Positions 1 through 13,827 of a DNA stretch of 64,000 nt are shown one piece after another (position 1 is the first letter of the stretch; every line of letters starts with the position of its first letter). The notes under the pieces were generated by a model. The model saw nothing but the letters and a program-made list of their open reading frames with translations. It did not search any database and was not told the origin of the DNA. Origin of the DNA: Octopus bimaculoides (taxonomy: Eukaryota); contig NC_068997.1 in assembly GCF_001194135.2 (NCBI RefSeq), positions 10,238,217 to 10,302,216 on the forward strand. Direction: 5' to 3'. Made by a program: the position numbers and the translations under genes.

Positions 1-43
1 ATATATATATATATATATGTTTGTATGCGCGTTTCTATTCATG

Positions 44-82
<39 letters not shown>

Positions 83-451
83 CTATTTCTATACATAGAC
101 ATTAATGTATACACACACGCATGCGCGAGTATATTTATATATGTACGAATGTATACCCACCGACAGACAAGCAGGTAGATTAACATATAGTTAGGTAGCT
201 AGATAGTAAGCAGGTTAAATAGACAAACACCTTCGTGAATTATTTCTTCGGAATCTACCTGTTCTATACCATATCTTATTGGCAGGGTGTAAAATTGTTT
301 CACATATCTGTCTCTTGTGAATTGAATGAAAATCTGTTTATGTTGCCAAAAACACTTGACGGAACCCTTGAAGTTTCATTTGAGGATTTCAGGTAAGAAC
401 AAAACAAGTTCCATTTTATCTATAATCGGCTCAATAAAAATATGCAAAGCC

Positions 452-982
452 TTATTATTATTATTATTATTATTGTTGTTCAGTAGTTTTATTTTTATAA
501 CATGCTTTCACTTCACTACCGAGCGCAGCTCTGTGCGCCTTGGGTATGTGCTGTGGTTTGCTATGGTGCTCTTATGGTTACTGTATTGAAAGTGTTTTGC
601 GTATGGTGTGTGCAGTGCCCAGTAGTGCAATTTTCTGTATATATTTGTATGTCCTGGTGTTTTTGTTATGTATTTGTCTGAATATTTTTTTATTATACCT
701 AAGGCACCTACTATAATAGGAATTGTTTCTGTTTTTAGATTCCACATTCGAGTTACCTCTATTTCTAGGTCTTTGTATTTTGAAAGTTTTTCCATTTCTT
801 TTAGAGAAACGTTGTCAACTGCTGGTATTGATACATCAATTAGAAAGCATTTTTTTCCTTCATGATCTTTGACAACTATATCTGGTCTATTGGCCTTAAT
901 TTCTCTATCTGTGTGTATTGGCATATCCCAGAGTATGGTTGCTGTCTCGTTTTCTGTGACCTTTTCTGGCGTGTGCTTATAC
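452..982 (-). mobile_element. 3' end of RLE-type non-LTR retrotransposon (R4/Dong-like), frameshifted, cut by gap
   Basis: Minus ORF 508-924 has the restriction-like endonuclease signature RPDIVVKD..FLIDVSIP..KYKDL..IPIIVGALG. A frameshift continues as QKIALLGTAHTIRKTLSIQ*. The 3' UTR ends in (TAA)n at 452-474. Confidence 0.85.
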
Positions 983-2042
983 NNNNNNNNNNNNNNNNNN
1001 NNNNNNNNNNNNNNNNNNNNNNNNNNNNNNNNNNNNNNNNNNNNNNNNNNNNNNNNNNNNNNNNNNNNNNNNNNNNNNNNNNNNNNNNNNNNNNNNNNNN
1101 NNNNNNNNNNNNNNNNNNNNNNNNNNNNNNNNNNNNNNNNNNNNNNNNNNNNNNNNNNNNNNNNNNNNNNNNNNNNNNNNNNNNNNNNNNNNNNNNNNNN
1201 NNNNNNNNNNNNNNNNNNNNNNNNNNNNNNNNNNNNNNNNNNNNNNNNNNNNNNNNNNNNNNNNNNNNNNNNNNNNNNNNNNNNNNNNNNNNNNNNNNNN
1301 NNNNNNNNNNNNNNNNNNNNNNNNNNNNNNNNNNNNNNNNNNNNNNNNNNNNNNNNNNNNNNNNNNNNNNNNNNNNNNNNNNNNNNNNNNNNNNNNNNNN
1401 NNNNNNNNNNNNNNNNNNNNNNNNNNNNNNNNNNNNNNNNNNNNNNNNNNNNNNNNNNNNNNNNNNNNNNNNNNNNNNNNNNNNNNNNNNNNNNNNNNNN
1501 NNNNNNNNNNNNNNNNNNNNNNNNNNNNNNNNNNNNNNNNNNNNNNNNNTCTTCTTCTTCTTCTTCTTCTTCTTCTTCTTCGTATTTGTTAGGTAGATTG
1601 ATTTCTTTGTATTTGTCAGCTTCCTTAAATACTGAAAACAGTTTTTTGTTTTGCTCCTCCTCCTCCTCCTTCTTCTCCTCCTCCTCTGCACTGTACTGTC
1701 ATTATCAAAGACCCCTGTCTTTCACCCTTTCACTTCTTTTCGTGCCACCTCGAATCTAGTCCTTCCTTACTAAGTATTTCTGCCTCAACATTCCCAGCAT
1801 ACACTTCTGGTACATTCCTCCCTAATTCTCTCTCCTCATCTTTCCTATACCCACTCCCTCCGATCTACATATATACGTAACACACACGCACGCATGCACG
1901 CACATATACACATGTATGTATGTGTACACACACACACATCTTTTGGTATTTTGTCCCGTACTTGTCTAACGTTGCGTGTTTACGTATTTTTCATTCGTTG
2001 GTGATGCCCTGTACTTAATGTGTATTGTTTCATTTATATATA

Positions 2043-2368
2043 TAGGAGTGGCTGTGTGGTAAGTAGCTTGCTTACCAACCACATGGTTCCGAGTTCAATC
2101 CCACTGCGTGGCACCTTGGGCAAGTGTCTTCTACTATAGCCTCGGGCCGACCAAAGCCTTGTGAGTGGATTTGGTAGACGAAAACTGAAAGAAGCCCGTC
2201 GTATATATGTATATATATATGTGTTTGTGTGTCTGTGTTTGTTCCCCCAACATCGCTTGACAACCGATGCTGGTGTGTTTACGTCCCTGTAACTTAGCGG
2301 TTCGGCAAAAGAGACCGATAAAATAAGTACTAGGCTTACAAAGAATAAGTCCTGGGGTCGATTTGCTC
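2043..2368 (+). mobile_element. tRNA-derived SINE, family A (CORE-like), cut by gap
   Basis: A/B-box-like head (TGGCTGTGTGG...GAGTTCAATCC), core GGCACCTTGGGCAAGTGTCTT, internal TA/TG microsatellite; homologous copies at 15704 and 17617. Confidence 0.85.
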
Positions 2369-4687
2369 NNNNNNNNNNNNNNNNNNNNNNNNNNNNNNNN
2401 NNNNNNNNNNNNNNNNNNNNNNNNNNNNNNNNNNNNNNNNNNNNNNNNNNNNNNNNNNNNNNNNNNNNNNNNNNNNNNNNNNNNNNNNNNNNNNNNNNNN
2501 NNNNNNNNNNNNNNNNNNNNNNNNNNNNNNNNNNNNNNNNNNNNNNNNNNNNNNNNNNNNNNNNNNNNNNNNNNNNNNNNNNNNNNNNNNNNNNNNNNNN
2601 NNNNNNNNNNNNNNNNNNNNNNNNNNNNNNNNNNNNNNNNNNNNNNNNNNNNNNNNNNNNNNNNNNNNNNNNNNNNNNNNNNNNNNNNNNNNNNNNNNNN
2701 NNNNNNNNNNNNNNNNNNNNNNNNNNNNNNNNNNNNNNNNNNNNNNNNNNNNNNNNNNNNNNNNNNNNNNNNNNNNNNNNNNNNNNNNNNNNNNNNNNNN
2801 NNNNNNNNNNNNNNNNNNNNNNNNNNNNNNNNNNNNNNNNNNNNNNNNNNNNNNNNNNNNNNNNNNNNNNNNNNNNNNNNNNNNNNNNNNNNNNNNNNNN
2901 NNNNNNNNNNNNNNNNNNNNNNNNNNNNNNNNNNNNNNNNNNNNNNNNNNNNNNNNNNNNNNNNNNNNNNNNNNNNNNNNNNNNNNNNNNNNNNNNNNNN
3001 NNNNNNNNNNNNNNNNNNNNNNNNNNNNNNNNNNNNNNNNNNNNNNNNNNNNNNNNNNNNNNNNNNNNNNNNNNNNNNNNNNNNNNNNNNNNNNNNNNNN
3101 NNNNNNNNNNNNNNNNNNNNNNNNNNNNNNNNNNNNNNNNNNNNNNNNNNNNNNNNNNNNNNNNNNNNNNNNNNNNNNNNNNNNNNNNNNNNNNNNNNNN
3201 NNNNNNNNNNNNNNNNNNNNNNNNNNNNNNNNNNNNNNNNNNNNNNNNNNNNNNNNNNNNNNNNNNNNNNNNNNNNNNNNNNNNNNNNNNNNNNNNNNNN
3301 NNNNNNNNNNNNNNNNNNNNNNNNNNNNATATGCATACACAGGCATGCCTCATCCTTAATTGGTTCCAGGAGACAAGACATAAGTCCAAAAACGACTTAA
3401 GTCGAATTAACTTGTTTCTTGGCCGAATTTATTTGGCTCTAGGCTAAACCGATAATAACTATTCCCAGTTCTGTACTTTATTTATGAATGCATTTTCAAC
3501 AGTACATGGTTAATAAACATCTATTTTAAGCTTACAAAACAAATCATTTATCAGGAAATAATTAATTTCAGCTATTTGTTGCAGTGTCGATGAATTCACA
3601 GAAGACTTGATTGTTTCCGTAATAAATACTTTTATACATTAACAGTTCCTTCAGTAAGCATAAAGCTACAAATCTGAATGCATTCTGACTTTAAAAGAAA
3701 TACGTTCTGGGATCCATCCAAGGCAGTACCCCCCCCCCNNNNNNNNNNGCCGTAGTGCAAAGGCTGAAATACGTAAAAGAAAAAAAAAAATTAAAAGACC
3801 CATGATCTGCCAGAATAAGATACCGGAATTCAATGGGACATCTCACGAACCCTTTGCTTTTAGGCAACGTTTTTGGTGCTTGGTAAGGCAGTTTGGACCC
3901 CTGAGTTGTTGCTGTTATTGTTTCGATCTTTATCGACATTTATCAACATTTAACGAGCTATCTGCATTAAGGCGCACAGAGGCCCGAAACACTTAAGAAA
4001 TTTTTGCTGCCCCCATATATATATATATATGATTCAAAATATAAACAATAATAAACCATAAAATAAATTTTTAGGATCATATAAATTTATTTCGAATATC
4101 ATTTTATCAAGTTTAAAATGATATTCTATTGTGCCGTAAACCATTTACCACTTCTGTGGTGCCTCACTTGATGCCTTAAGCGCACGCTTATTTTGCTTAC
4201 TGGTTATATATATTTAGTCAGGTTTTCTCGAAATTTCGTCAAAAGCATCCTATTCGTTCTATATAGTTCTTACAATGCACCCGCTACTTATCATGAATCC
4301 TCACCCTAAGAAGCAGTGAACCAACTTTGAAATAAAGCGAATGGGTTATTTCGGGGGACACAACGCAAAGCGGTGATGGAGAAGGCTTAGAAAGTGACAA
4401 AATCCATGATAAGATATATAACAGGTAAAAACAAAATAGCAATAAATAAGCACCTCCCTTCCGTTCTGCCAAAGTCCTATATTAACAAAAGGGTAAGGTG
4501 TGGTGCCAGAATGTGAAAAAATGCTCCAAATTCCAAACATATCTCTTCACCAGAGATGAGGATATGCTAACGTGCCACATAATTTAGGAAAATTAGTCGT
4601 GTGCTTTGTGTTTTCTATTTCTTTCTTTTAATATTTCAACATTGTTCAGATTCGTTATTTATAGGTAGGTTGTATGTCTGTTTGTAT

Positions 4688-4730
<43 letters not shown>

Positions 4731-4861
4731 CACACACGAATATATAAATCTTAAATACATAATATACATGCGCATATTAGTACATACGACCAGGTCACAT
4801 CATTAAGTGTATTCATGTTATTTTGTATGTATATATGTATGTGCTTATGTGCTTGTGTGTG

Positions 4862-4958
<97 letters not shown>

Positions 4959-4998
4959 ATATTTGTATGTGCATATATGTATGTACACATACACACAC

Positions 4999-5156
4999 CA
5001 GGCGCGGTCCCAGAAATTTTTCAAAGGGACGGCACAAGGTCAGAAGGGAATACAATTCCAGGAGAAAAGGGTGTAATAATATTATTTAGAAGGGCGCACT
5101 TCTTTTCTTGAGGGAGGAACGTGCCCCTAAACTCCCCCTTGGTCCCCCCCTTCCTG
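4999..5156. mobile_element. possible hAT-like MITE
   Basis: GC-rich 158-bp island in CA repeats, starts CAGGCGCGG and ends CCTG; TIR match is weak and no TSD is seen. Confidence 0.3.
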
Positions 5157-5559
5157 CACACATACACACACACATTAAGTTAGAAGGAAAAATTCTGTCG
5201 CATTCCAAGGCAGGAAAGAAACAAATGCTTCTTTGATCGCAATTAATTTATTTAATGAATATAATATTTCCCTTCGTTATTGGATATCATAACCCTATTT
5301 ATTTGACAAATTGTTGATCTCTCGGGTGTAAAATTCTTCATAATTTGAAGGAAAAAAACCACTCAACATTGTTTTTAACTCTTTGATTAAGCTGAGAAGC
5401 ATTCAAATGATGATGGACCTACTGACCAAGTTTAAACACTTTTCTGAGTTCATGAACTGTTTTAGTAAGATTCGCGTACAATTCGTTTTAAATCGAATCC
5501 GCTACGGTTTTTAGAAGCCCAGCTTTGACAGAACATGATCGTACAGATCGAGAGAAATT

Positions 5560-5770
5560 TGCAAGAGAAACTGGCCAAACCATCGTTGGCAAGTTCACAA
5601 ACTTAAAATTTCGTAACCATAGACGGAACGAATATGTCTTGATGCTTCTATTGCCGAAAAGCCACATTTGAATCTATACAACATGCTCTGTCTTTCATGG
5701 ATCAGATCTGAACTCATTTTAAAAGTGAAATCAATACGAAACACAATGGTATAAAAGAATCTGTATAGAA
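5560..5770 (-). mobile_element. mariner transposase N-terminal fragment (degenerate)
   Basis: Translation ERQSMLYRFKCGFSAIEASRHIRSVYG resembles the mariner first HTH (RH.LLF.F.KG..A.EA.R.I..VYG). Confidence 0.6.
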
Positions 5771-5863
5771 AGGATAAATAGAAACGCTTCGGCATAGCGA
5801 TATTAATAACAGGTTGTTAGAACTCAATAAATTTATAATACGTGTGGTGTGTGTGTGTGTGTG

Positions 5864-5913
<50 letters not shown>

Positions 5914-6065
5914 NNNNNNNNNNNNNNNNNNNNNNNNNNNNNNNNNNNNNNNNNNNNNNNNNNNNNNNNNNNNNNNNNNNNNNNNNNNNNNNNNNNNNNN
6001 NNNNNNNNNNNNNNNNNNNNNNNNNNNNNNNNNNNNNNNNNNNNNNNNNNNNNNNNNNNNNNNNN

Positions 6066-6109
<44 letters not shown>

Positions 6110-6208
6110 GAGTGAAATATAAGTTCGTGTGCTGATATAAGAAATGACACTTCGGGCAGAAACATTCTTGGAAAAACTTGGAATCTGGATTTTGTTTTGA
6201 ATATCTTT

Positions 6209-6292
6209 CGGCAAGTGTCTTCTATAACCTCAGGCCGACCAAAGCCTTGAAAGTGGATTTGGAAAATAGAAACTGAAAGAAGCCCATCGTAT
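6209..6292 (+). mobile_element. SINE family A, partial
   Basis: GGCAAGTGTCTTCTATAACCTCAGGCCGACCAAAGCCTT...GAAAGAAGCCC matches the 2043 copy. Confidence 0.7.
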
Positions 6293-7345
6293 ACATACAT
6301 ACATACATACACGGACTGTATGTATCTACATGTATAAATGTATGAAAGATTGTGTGTATGTGTGTATATATATATTTATGTATGCATATATCATATTAGC
6401 ATATGTATATTATGGGTACGTCAGCACGTACCTCTTTTTATGCTTGTACATATTTTTATTTATATACTCATTATATGTGTCTATGCATGAGCGTTTATGT
6501 ATGTGAGTATAGTATNNNNNNNNNNNNNNNNNNNNNNNNNNNNNNNNNNNNNNNNNNNNNNNNNNNNNNNNNNNNNNNNNNNNNNNNNNNNNNNNNNNNN
6601 NNNNNNNNNNNNNNNNNNNNNNNNNNNNNNNNNNNNNNNNNNNNNNNNNNNNNNNNNNNNNNNNNNNNNNNNNNNNNNNNNNNNNNNNNNNNNNNNNNNN
6701 NNNNNNNNNNNNNNNNNNNNNNNNNNNNNNNNNNNNNNNNNNNNNNNNNNNNNNNNNNNNNNNNNNNNNNTATATACATACATATATATAAATACATGTG
6801 TATGTATGTACGTATGCATATATACATATATATAAATACATGTGTATATATTTTCACACACACACACACACACACACGCACGCGCGTGCGCACACACACA
6901 CATTTACACACACACATATATTCATTAAATTCTATCCGAGAATAAGTGAAAAACCACACCTCTTTCTTGCGATCTCCTGACCGACATTTGACCTCCATCT
7001 AATCTACAACATGTTATGTATGCGATGATTCAACCAAGGAATCCATCCATCCATCCATCCATCCATCCATCTATTTATCCTTTTATGTATGTATGTATGT
7101 ATGTATGTATGTATGTATGTATGTATGTATGTATGTATCTATCTATCTATCTATCTATTCATTATATATATACATGCATATATATATTTAATGTTATTCT
7201 TTAACAAGAATAGCATTGACAGTAACTTCGAAGTTTGTACTCTACGAAAGGAGTAAACCTACAGATTAATCTAAATGAACATAAAAACAAACAATGTATT
7301 ATATATATTATATATATATATAAATTGATGATGATGATGATGATG

Positions 7346-7421
<76 letters not shown>

Positions 7422-7949
7422 GGATTATGACGAAGTAGCATTAGCATTACTTTTAATCCATTTTGGGATATATGTATAGCCACTTGTGTGAGTATGCGTG
7501 TGCGTGTGTTTGTGTGTGTGTGTGTGTGCGTGTGTCTTTGTGCGTGCGTGTGTGTGCATGCGTGTATATGTGTTAGTGTGTGGGTGTGCGTGTGTGTGAG
7601 TGTGTGTCTATCCATGTGTATGTGTGTGTACATAGATACATAAACCTACATCTCCTCATCTTATTCGTTCATTCGTAACATACCCAAATGCTTGGGCTCC
7701 GCCTTGAAAGTCCCCCCTCCACCACCAAATCGACGAGTATTTATTTTAATTGTCTTCCTTATGCCATTGGTCTCTTTTTAATGTGACAGGCCGCCATGTT
7801 AAGAGGACACAGTCATAATTTTGCCCTCGTATATCTTGTACAGGTTGAGCAAAACCTGCACAGAAGGACTTCCTACTTTGGTTGGTTTACTAATTTGTCG
7901 TCATTATTGCTGTTACTGCTGTAATTGTTGATGTCGCTGCTGTTCTTGT

Positions 7950-8285
7950 TAATTAGCCCCAGGTCAAATTTAATCAAGATCGCCAATTATCAAAAATATT
8001 TCCACTCGTGACCATGTCGTCTTTTTGTTTTGTTAAAGACTACATTCTCCAATATGCTATGGCTGTTGTTGTTTTTGTTGTTATTTAGTCCCAGGCTAAC
8101 CTTGATCAAACAGCAAACTTATGATCAAAGGAATTTCAGCCATGACCACCTCATCTTTTCTCTGTTTGCAAAGAATCCAAGTGTTTCTTTCTAAGACAGT
8201 AGGCGTGTGATTTGAAACATTTCGCTACTATTTCTAGCAAATCGAACGGCCTTGTAAAGTGTCCCTCAGTGGCTCAGATATTTCA
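7950..8285 (-). repeat. two copies of an interspersed retroposon-like repeat (family D)
   Basis: TTGTT..TAG(C/T)CCCAGG...TGACCA motifs recur at about 34070-34260 and, on the opposite strand, at 54860-55850. Confidence 0.5.
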
Positions 8286-8367
8286 TTGGTTCTGGGTGAG
8301 GTACTGCCTCGTTTCATCTGGCTGTCGAGCAGGAGTCAGCTCCACGATCATCTAAGAAGGTTTAATT

Positions 8368-8800
8368 TTGACTTTAGACTGGAGTTCATCAGCTCCGCAT
8401 GCTTTAAGTGACAACAACAAAAATCAAAGAGCCACAATCTCCGCTGGTTTGCTTGCTCGTCACCGCACAACTCATGGACACAAGCAACAATTTCTATACC
8501 GAATCGTTGCTGGCGACAAAAAATGGTGCCTGTACATCAATATGAAGTAGCGTAAGGAATGGCTTAGACCCGCTAAACAAGCGACACCGCGCGTGAAAGA
8601 TCGTCCGTGTAAAACGATGTTGTGCGTATGGTGGGACTGGGAAGGGATTATCCATTATGAATTGCTTGAACGGAACCAAACGGTCAATTCTATGTTCAAC
8701 AGATGGAACGACTCAACACGGCTATTCAAGAGAAAAGACCTAATCGGCAGCATGGAGTTCTTCCGCTGCACGACAACGCCCGCCCTTATATCGCCAATAT
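8368..8800 (+). mobile_element. mariner (DD34D-type) transposase pseudogene, cut by gap
   Basis: FLYRIVAGDKKWCLYIN, KTMLCVWWDWEGIIHYELL, LHDNARP motifs; one in-frame stop (8548-8550) and a frameshift near 8690. Confidence 0.9.
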
Positions 8801-9582
8801 NNNNNNNNNNNNNNNNNNNNNNNNNNNNNNNNNNNNNNNNNNNNNNNNNNNNNNNNNNNNNNNNNNNNNNNNNNNNNNNNNNNNNNNNNNNNNNNNNNNN
8901 NNNNNNNNNNNNNNNNNNNNNNNNNNNNNNNNNNNNNNNNNNNNNNNNNNNNNNNNNNNNNNNNNNNNNNNNNNNNNNNNNNNNNNNNNNNNNNNNNNNN
9001 NNNNNNNNNNNNNNNNNNNNNNNNNNNNNNNNNNNNNNNNNNNNNNNNNNNNNNNNNNNNNNNNNNNNNNNNNNNNNNNNNNNNNNNNNNNNNNNNNNNN
9101 NNNNNNNNNNNNNNNNNNNNNNNNNNNNNNNNNNNNNNNNNNNNNNNNNNNNNNNNNNNNNNNNNNNNNNNNNNNNNNNNNNNNNNNNNNNNNNNNNNNN
9201 NNNNNNNNNNNNNNNNNNNNNNNNNNNNNNNNNNNNNNNNNNNNNNNNNNNNNNNNNNNNNNNNNNNNNNNNNNNNNNNNNNNNNNNNNNNNNNNNNNNN
9301 NNNNNNNNNNNNNNNNNNNNNNNNNNNNNNNNNNNNNNNNNNNNNNNNNNNNNNNNNNNNNNNNNNNNNNNNNNNNNNNNNNNNNNNNNNNNNNNNNNNN
9401 NNNNNNNNNNNNNNNNNNNNNNNNNNNNNNNNNNNNNNNNNNNNNNNNNNNNNNNNNNNNNNNNNNATATATATATATATATATTGCTATTTATAAATCT
9501 ATATACATATACCTACATGCATTCATACATGATGCATGCACTCACACATAGACGCACACGTTCATATATACGATCGTGTGTG

Positions 9583-9632
<50 letters not shown>

Positions 9633-10088
9633 CTTTAGTGCCCTCTAAGATTCAGACGGATATATTGACTTTTATATTTTATTTCTGAAGCATGTGAACT
9701 TACCGAAAGTTAACGAAGCGTACCATCTTACTGCTCTTTAGTGCGACAGAATGTCTTCATTGATTTCTTTGTTACGTTCGTCTGAACTCTGGATTCTTCG
9801 TTACTTATCAAATGACACCCACACCTCACCATTAGAACTCTGCCCTCCATCACCAAATACTTAAATACTTAATGTTTGAAATCGTCACAGATAAATGTCG
9901 CTGTAAGGAAGTATGTGCATAAGCTAATGCATATTTATGCATGCATGCATACATACACACACGAATATACACGCATGTTTATGCATTAGTATGTATATGT
10001 GTATATGTATATACATCTATATATGCATGCATGTCACTAAAATATGTATATATACATATACATATATATGTTACACGTGTTTTGTTCC

Positions 10089-10305
10089 AAAGCAGAGAGC
10101 TGGCAGAATCGTTAGCACTCCGGGTGAAATGTTTAGCGGTATTTCCTCTATCTTTACGTTTTGAGTTCAAATTCCGCCGAGGTCCACTTTGGTTTTTATC
10201 CTTTCGGGGTCGATAAATTAAGTACCAGTTACGTACTAGAGTCGATGTAATCGACTGGTCCCCTCACCCAAAATTTCGGACCTTTTTCCTTGAGTAGAAT
10301 AGATT
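10089..10305 (+). mobile_element. tRNA-derived SINE, family B
   Basis: GAGCTGGCAGAATCGTTAGC head, GAGTTCAAATTCC B-box, CCTTTCGGGGTCGATAAATTAAGTACCAG body; about 20 copies in the window. Confidence 0.85.
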
Positions 10306-11086
10306 ACAAGATAAGAGTTACAAAATATACACGTTGAGAAAACATGTCAAATATTCTATCTGCAATTTTTTTTAAAATTCAAAAAATATTATTATATCTA
10401 TTAATTTTGTCATAATTTTAATTATTTTAAAAATCTTTGTCTGAAAAATTATGGACAGGAGATTCTTTACGTGCTTTTTTCTTCGTGTAATCCTTGTAAT
10501 TCCTATTCTATAATGAGACAAGTATAACATGGAATTAAAGATACACTAAATTTTCCATACATGCATGCATACAACCATACATACATGAATGCATGCATAC
10601 ATACATACATGCATACATACATATATACATGCGAACATACATATATACATGCATGCATACATACCTACATGCATACATACATAATACAAACATGCATATA
10701 TATAAACATACATGCATACATACATATCTTTACCAGAGAATGGTTTTTGACAAATATGCTCACTGTACACACGTTGCTTCCTTCACAAGAGTCTGAGGAG
10801 AACTTTGCTTGGGAATCGATATACACATGCAAGCACACGCAAGCACACCAACCCACGCTCATTTATTCGAATGCACACTTAAATACACACACACACACAC
10901 ACGCACATAAACACGCACATAAACACGCACACATCATATGCTCATATGCACTAGAATATGTATATAAATATATATATGTGCGTGTGCGTGTGCGCACGTA
11001 TATACATACATACATATCCACACGCACACGCACACGCACACGCACACGCACACACACACACACATACACACTCATTCGCATATGCA

Positions 11087-11135
<49 letters not shown>

Positions 11136-11452
11136 GCTTCTAATGACCTAAATTTATCGATACCATCAAAGCCTATATTCTCTATATTGTATTTATTATT
11201 ATTATTATTATTTTTTAATTAACTATTTCGTATTTGAGAAGAGAAAACGAACGAAGACACAGGAATCATGATTGCATTTTGACCTAATTTTCCCTTTACA
11301 CATATCTCTGCACAGATGACATTACATTTCAGAGTGTTCTCTGTCTCTCATTCTCTCTCTTTCTCTCTGTCCTTCTCTATATTCTCTCTCTCTCTCTTTT
11401 CTTCTCCGCTTCCTTCTTTCTCTTCACTCAAATTAAACACACTGACAAAGAT

Positions 11453-11490
<38 letters not shown>

Positions 11491-11802
11491 CGTATTTCTG
11501 TTCAGCAGTCAACAAGTCACACATGCATGTTCACATATGCCCACACCTACACAAATACAAACACGTACATGCACACTGACTCATGCATACATACCTTGAT
11601 GTTCGAACTCAACAAAATGCACGCGTAGGCAAATATGCATACGCATAAAGGGAAACATCCATACATACGTCCATCTAACTAAACATGTAGAAACTACTTG
11701 GACTCGTCATCTAAAAAAAACAAGACGAATAAAAAACAAAGAAAAACAAAACAAACGTAAACTATTGTAGATAGCCTTATTGCTATATATATATAAAATA
11801 AA

Positions 11803-11881
11803 AGACCTCACTATATATATAGTTTAGTATTGAATGGAGGAAGAAGCCAATCGTTACTAAACTATATATATAGTGAGGTCT
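11803..11881. repeat. perfect 27-bp inverted repeat with 25-nt spacer
   Basis: AGACCTCACTATATATATAGTTTAGTA (11803-11829) is the exact reverse complement of 11855-11881; abuts an N gap. Confidence 0.9.
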
Positions 11882-12327
11882 NNNNNNNNNNNNNNNNNNN
11901 NNNNNNNNNNNNNNNNNNNNNNNNNNNNNNNNNNNNNNNNNNNNNNNNNNNNNNNNNNNNNNNNNNNNNNNNNNNNNNNNNNNNNNNNNNNNNNNNNNNN
12001 NNNNNNNNNNNNNNNNNNNNNNNNNNNNNNNNNNNNNNNNNNNNNNNNNNNNNNNNNNNNNNNNNNNNNNNNNNNNNNNNNNNNNNNNNNNNNNNNNNNN
12101 NNNNNNNNNNNNNNNNNNNNNNNNNNNNNNNNNNNNNNNNNNNNNNNNNNNNNNNNNNNNNNNNNNNNNNNNNNNNNNNNNNNNNNNNNNNNNNNNNNNN
12201 NNNNNNNNATATATATATATAAATATATATATATATACATACAAACGTACACAAACACATCTATCCAGCGGTACACACACATGTATAAAAATGCATAAGG
12301 AAATGCTACAGTCCAATTAACTGTACC

Positions 12328-12801
12328 CAGGCTTGCCGAATCTCACGACTTAGTCGTGATTCTCACGATTTTACTCATAATCCCACGTTCTTTCGTTTCA
12401 CAAGCAATTTCTCACGCCTTTTCAAAAGACAAACTACAAAAAAAAAAAAAAAACATCTAAAGACTTTTCTAAAGACCTATCACAGACCCGTGATGCATTT
12501 TTAGCTTGCTCTTAGAACACTCTAAACAGACCAGCAGCATCTATGGTTCTTAACTTGATTTGTTCTGTTGCTTCTGCTTTCCTATCACAAAAAATGAATA
12601 TTTATAAAAAATCCTTAAGGACTACATTTTATTGTTCATTGTAGGTATGACGTGACACCGAATCCCAGTTGTGCTTATACAAAAACCCATTTTGCTAGGA
12701 AATTTAAAAGTATCTCAATACCTTTTATCATTTCTCACTACTTTTTGTAGCTCCAGCTTCAAATTCTCACGACTATTAACTTTTGAGTGTATGCAAATCT
12801 G
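12328..12801. mobile_element. possible hAT-like non-autonomous element
   Basis: Imperfect termini CAGGCTTGC / GCAAATCTG and repeated subterminal CTCACG motifs; no clean TSD. Confidence 0.35.
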
Positions 12802-13759
12802 TGTAGCACGGACAACTTACTCCAAATAACTGCCTGCTAATAACTGGGTAATTGCCCATTGGAGAATTGCCCGTTGGACAAATATGTTGCTAAAGACAAT
12901 TGCACATTCGGGCAATTGTCGTATTATAACGAGCCTCTGAATTATTGCCCTCTGACGATGTTGAAATTTGGGTGTATGTGGAGGAATACAAACGGATTCT
13001 AAATATTGATTATTTGTCTCGCAATTGAAGGTTTAAATTACACTAGATGGATATGCATGAATGTATATACATACGCACATAAATACATACATACATACAC
13101 ACACACACACATGTATACATACGTACTTACATACATACGTACATACATGCATACATGTGTACAAATACGCATACATCCAAATATGTAAATATATAAACAA
13201 ACGTACGGGCGCGCACACACACAAAACCAAGCAAGCATACATATTTATTGCTAATATATAAGATATGCGCACACATGCACAAACACAAACGCACACATAC
13301 CCAAACGCACACATACACAAACGCACACATACACAAACGCACACATACACAAACGCACACATACCCAATCGCACACATACACAAACGCACACATACACTC
13401 TTACGCGAGACACAAACTTTGACTTACCCCCCATATAAAGAGAATACATATGAAGACAATGAGAGTAGATTGCTGCAGGTGAGTTTTGAAATATTCCACC
13501 TGACAGTCTTTATTAGCAACAGAGTTCTTTATGTCTTGAATTCACTGTAGATACAACATGCCTTTCTGACAGAATGTTGTCAGGTAAATGGTGCCATTTT
13601 CAACTTCTTCAAATAGCGAATATATTCCATTGATTAAACTATATTCGTCGGAAACTGTTCGTCGACGAAAAGAAAAGAAAAATGACAAAACAAAATAGCA
13701 CAAAAGTTTATCTGTCTTTCTCTTTTTCTCCTCTCTCTATCTGTGTATATGCCCGCCAG

Positions 13760-13827
<68 letters not shown>

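Noticed and set aside
7792-7801. GCCGCCATG Kozak/YY1-like motif (similar CGCCATTTT near 31782)
   Set aside because: The downstream ORF is only about 42 codons and unrecognisable; short motifs alone do not support a promoter.
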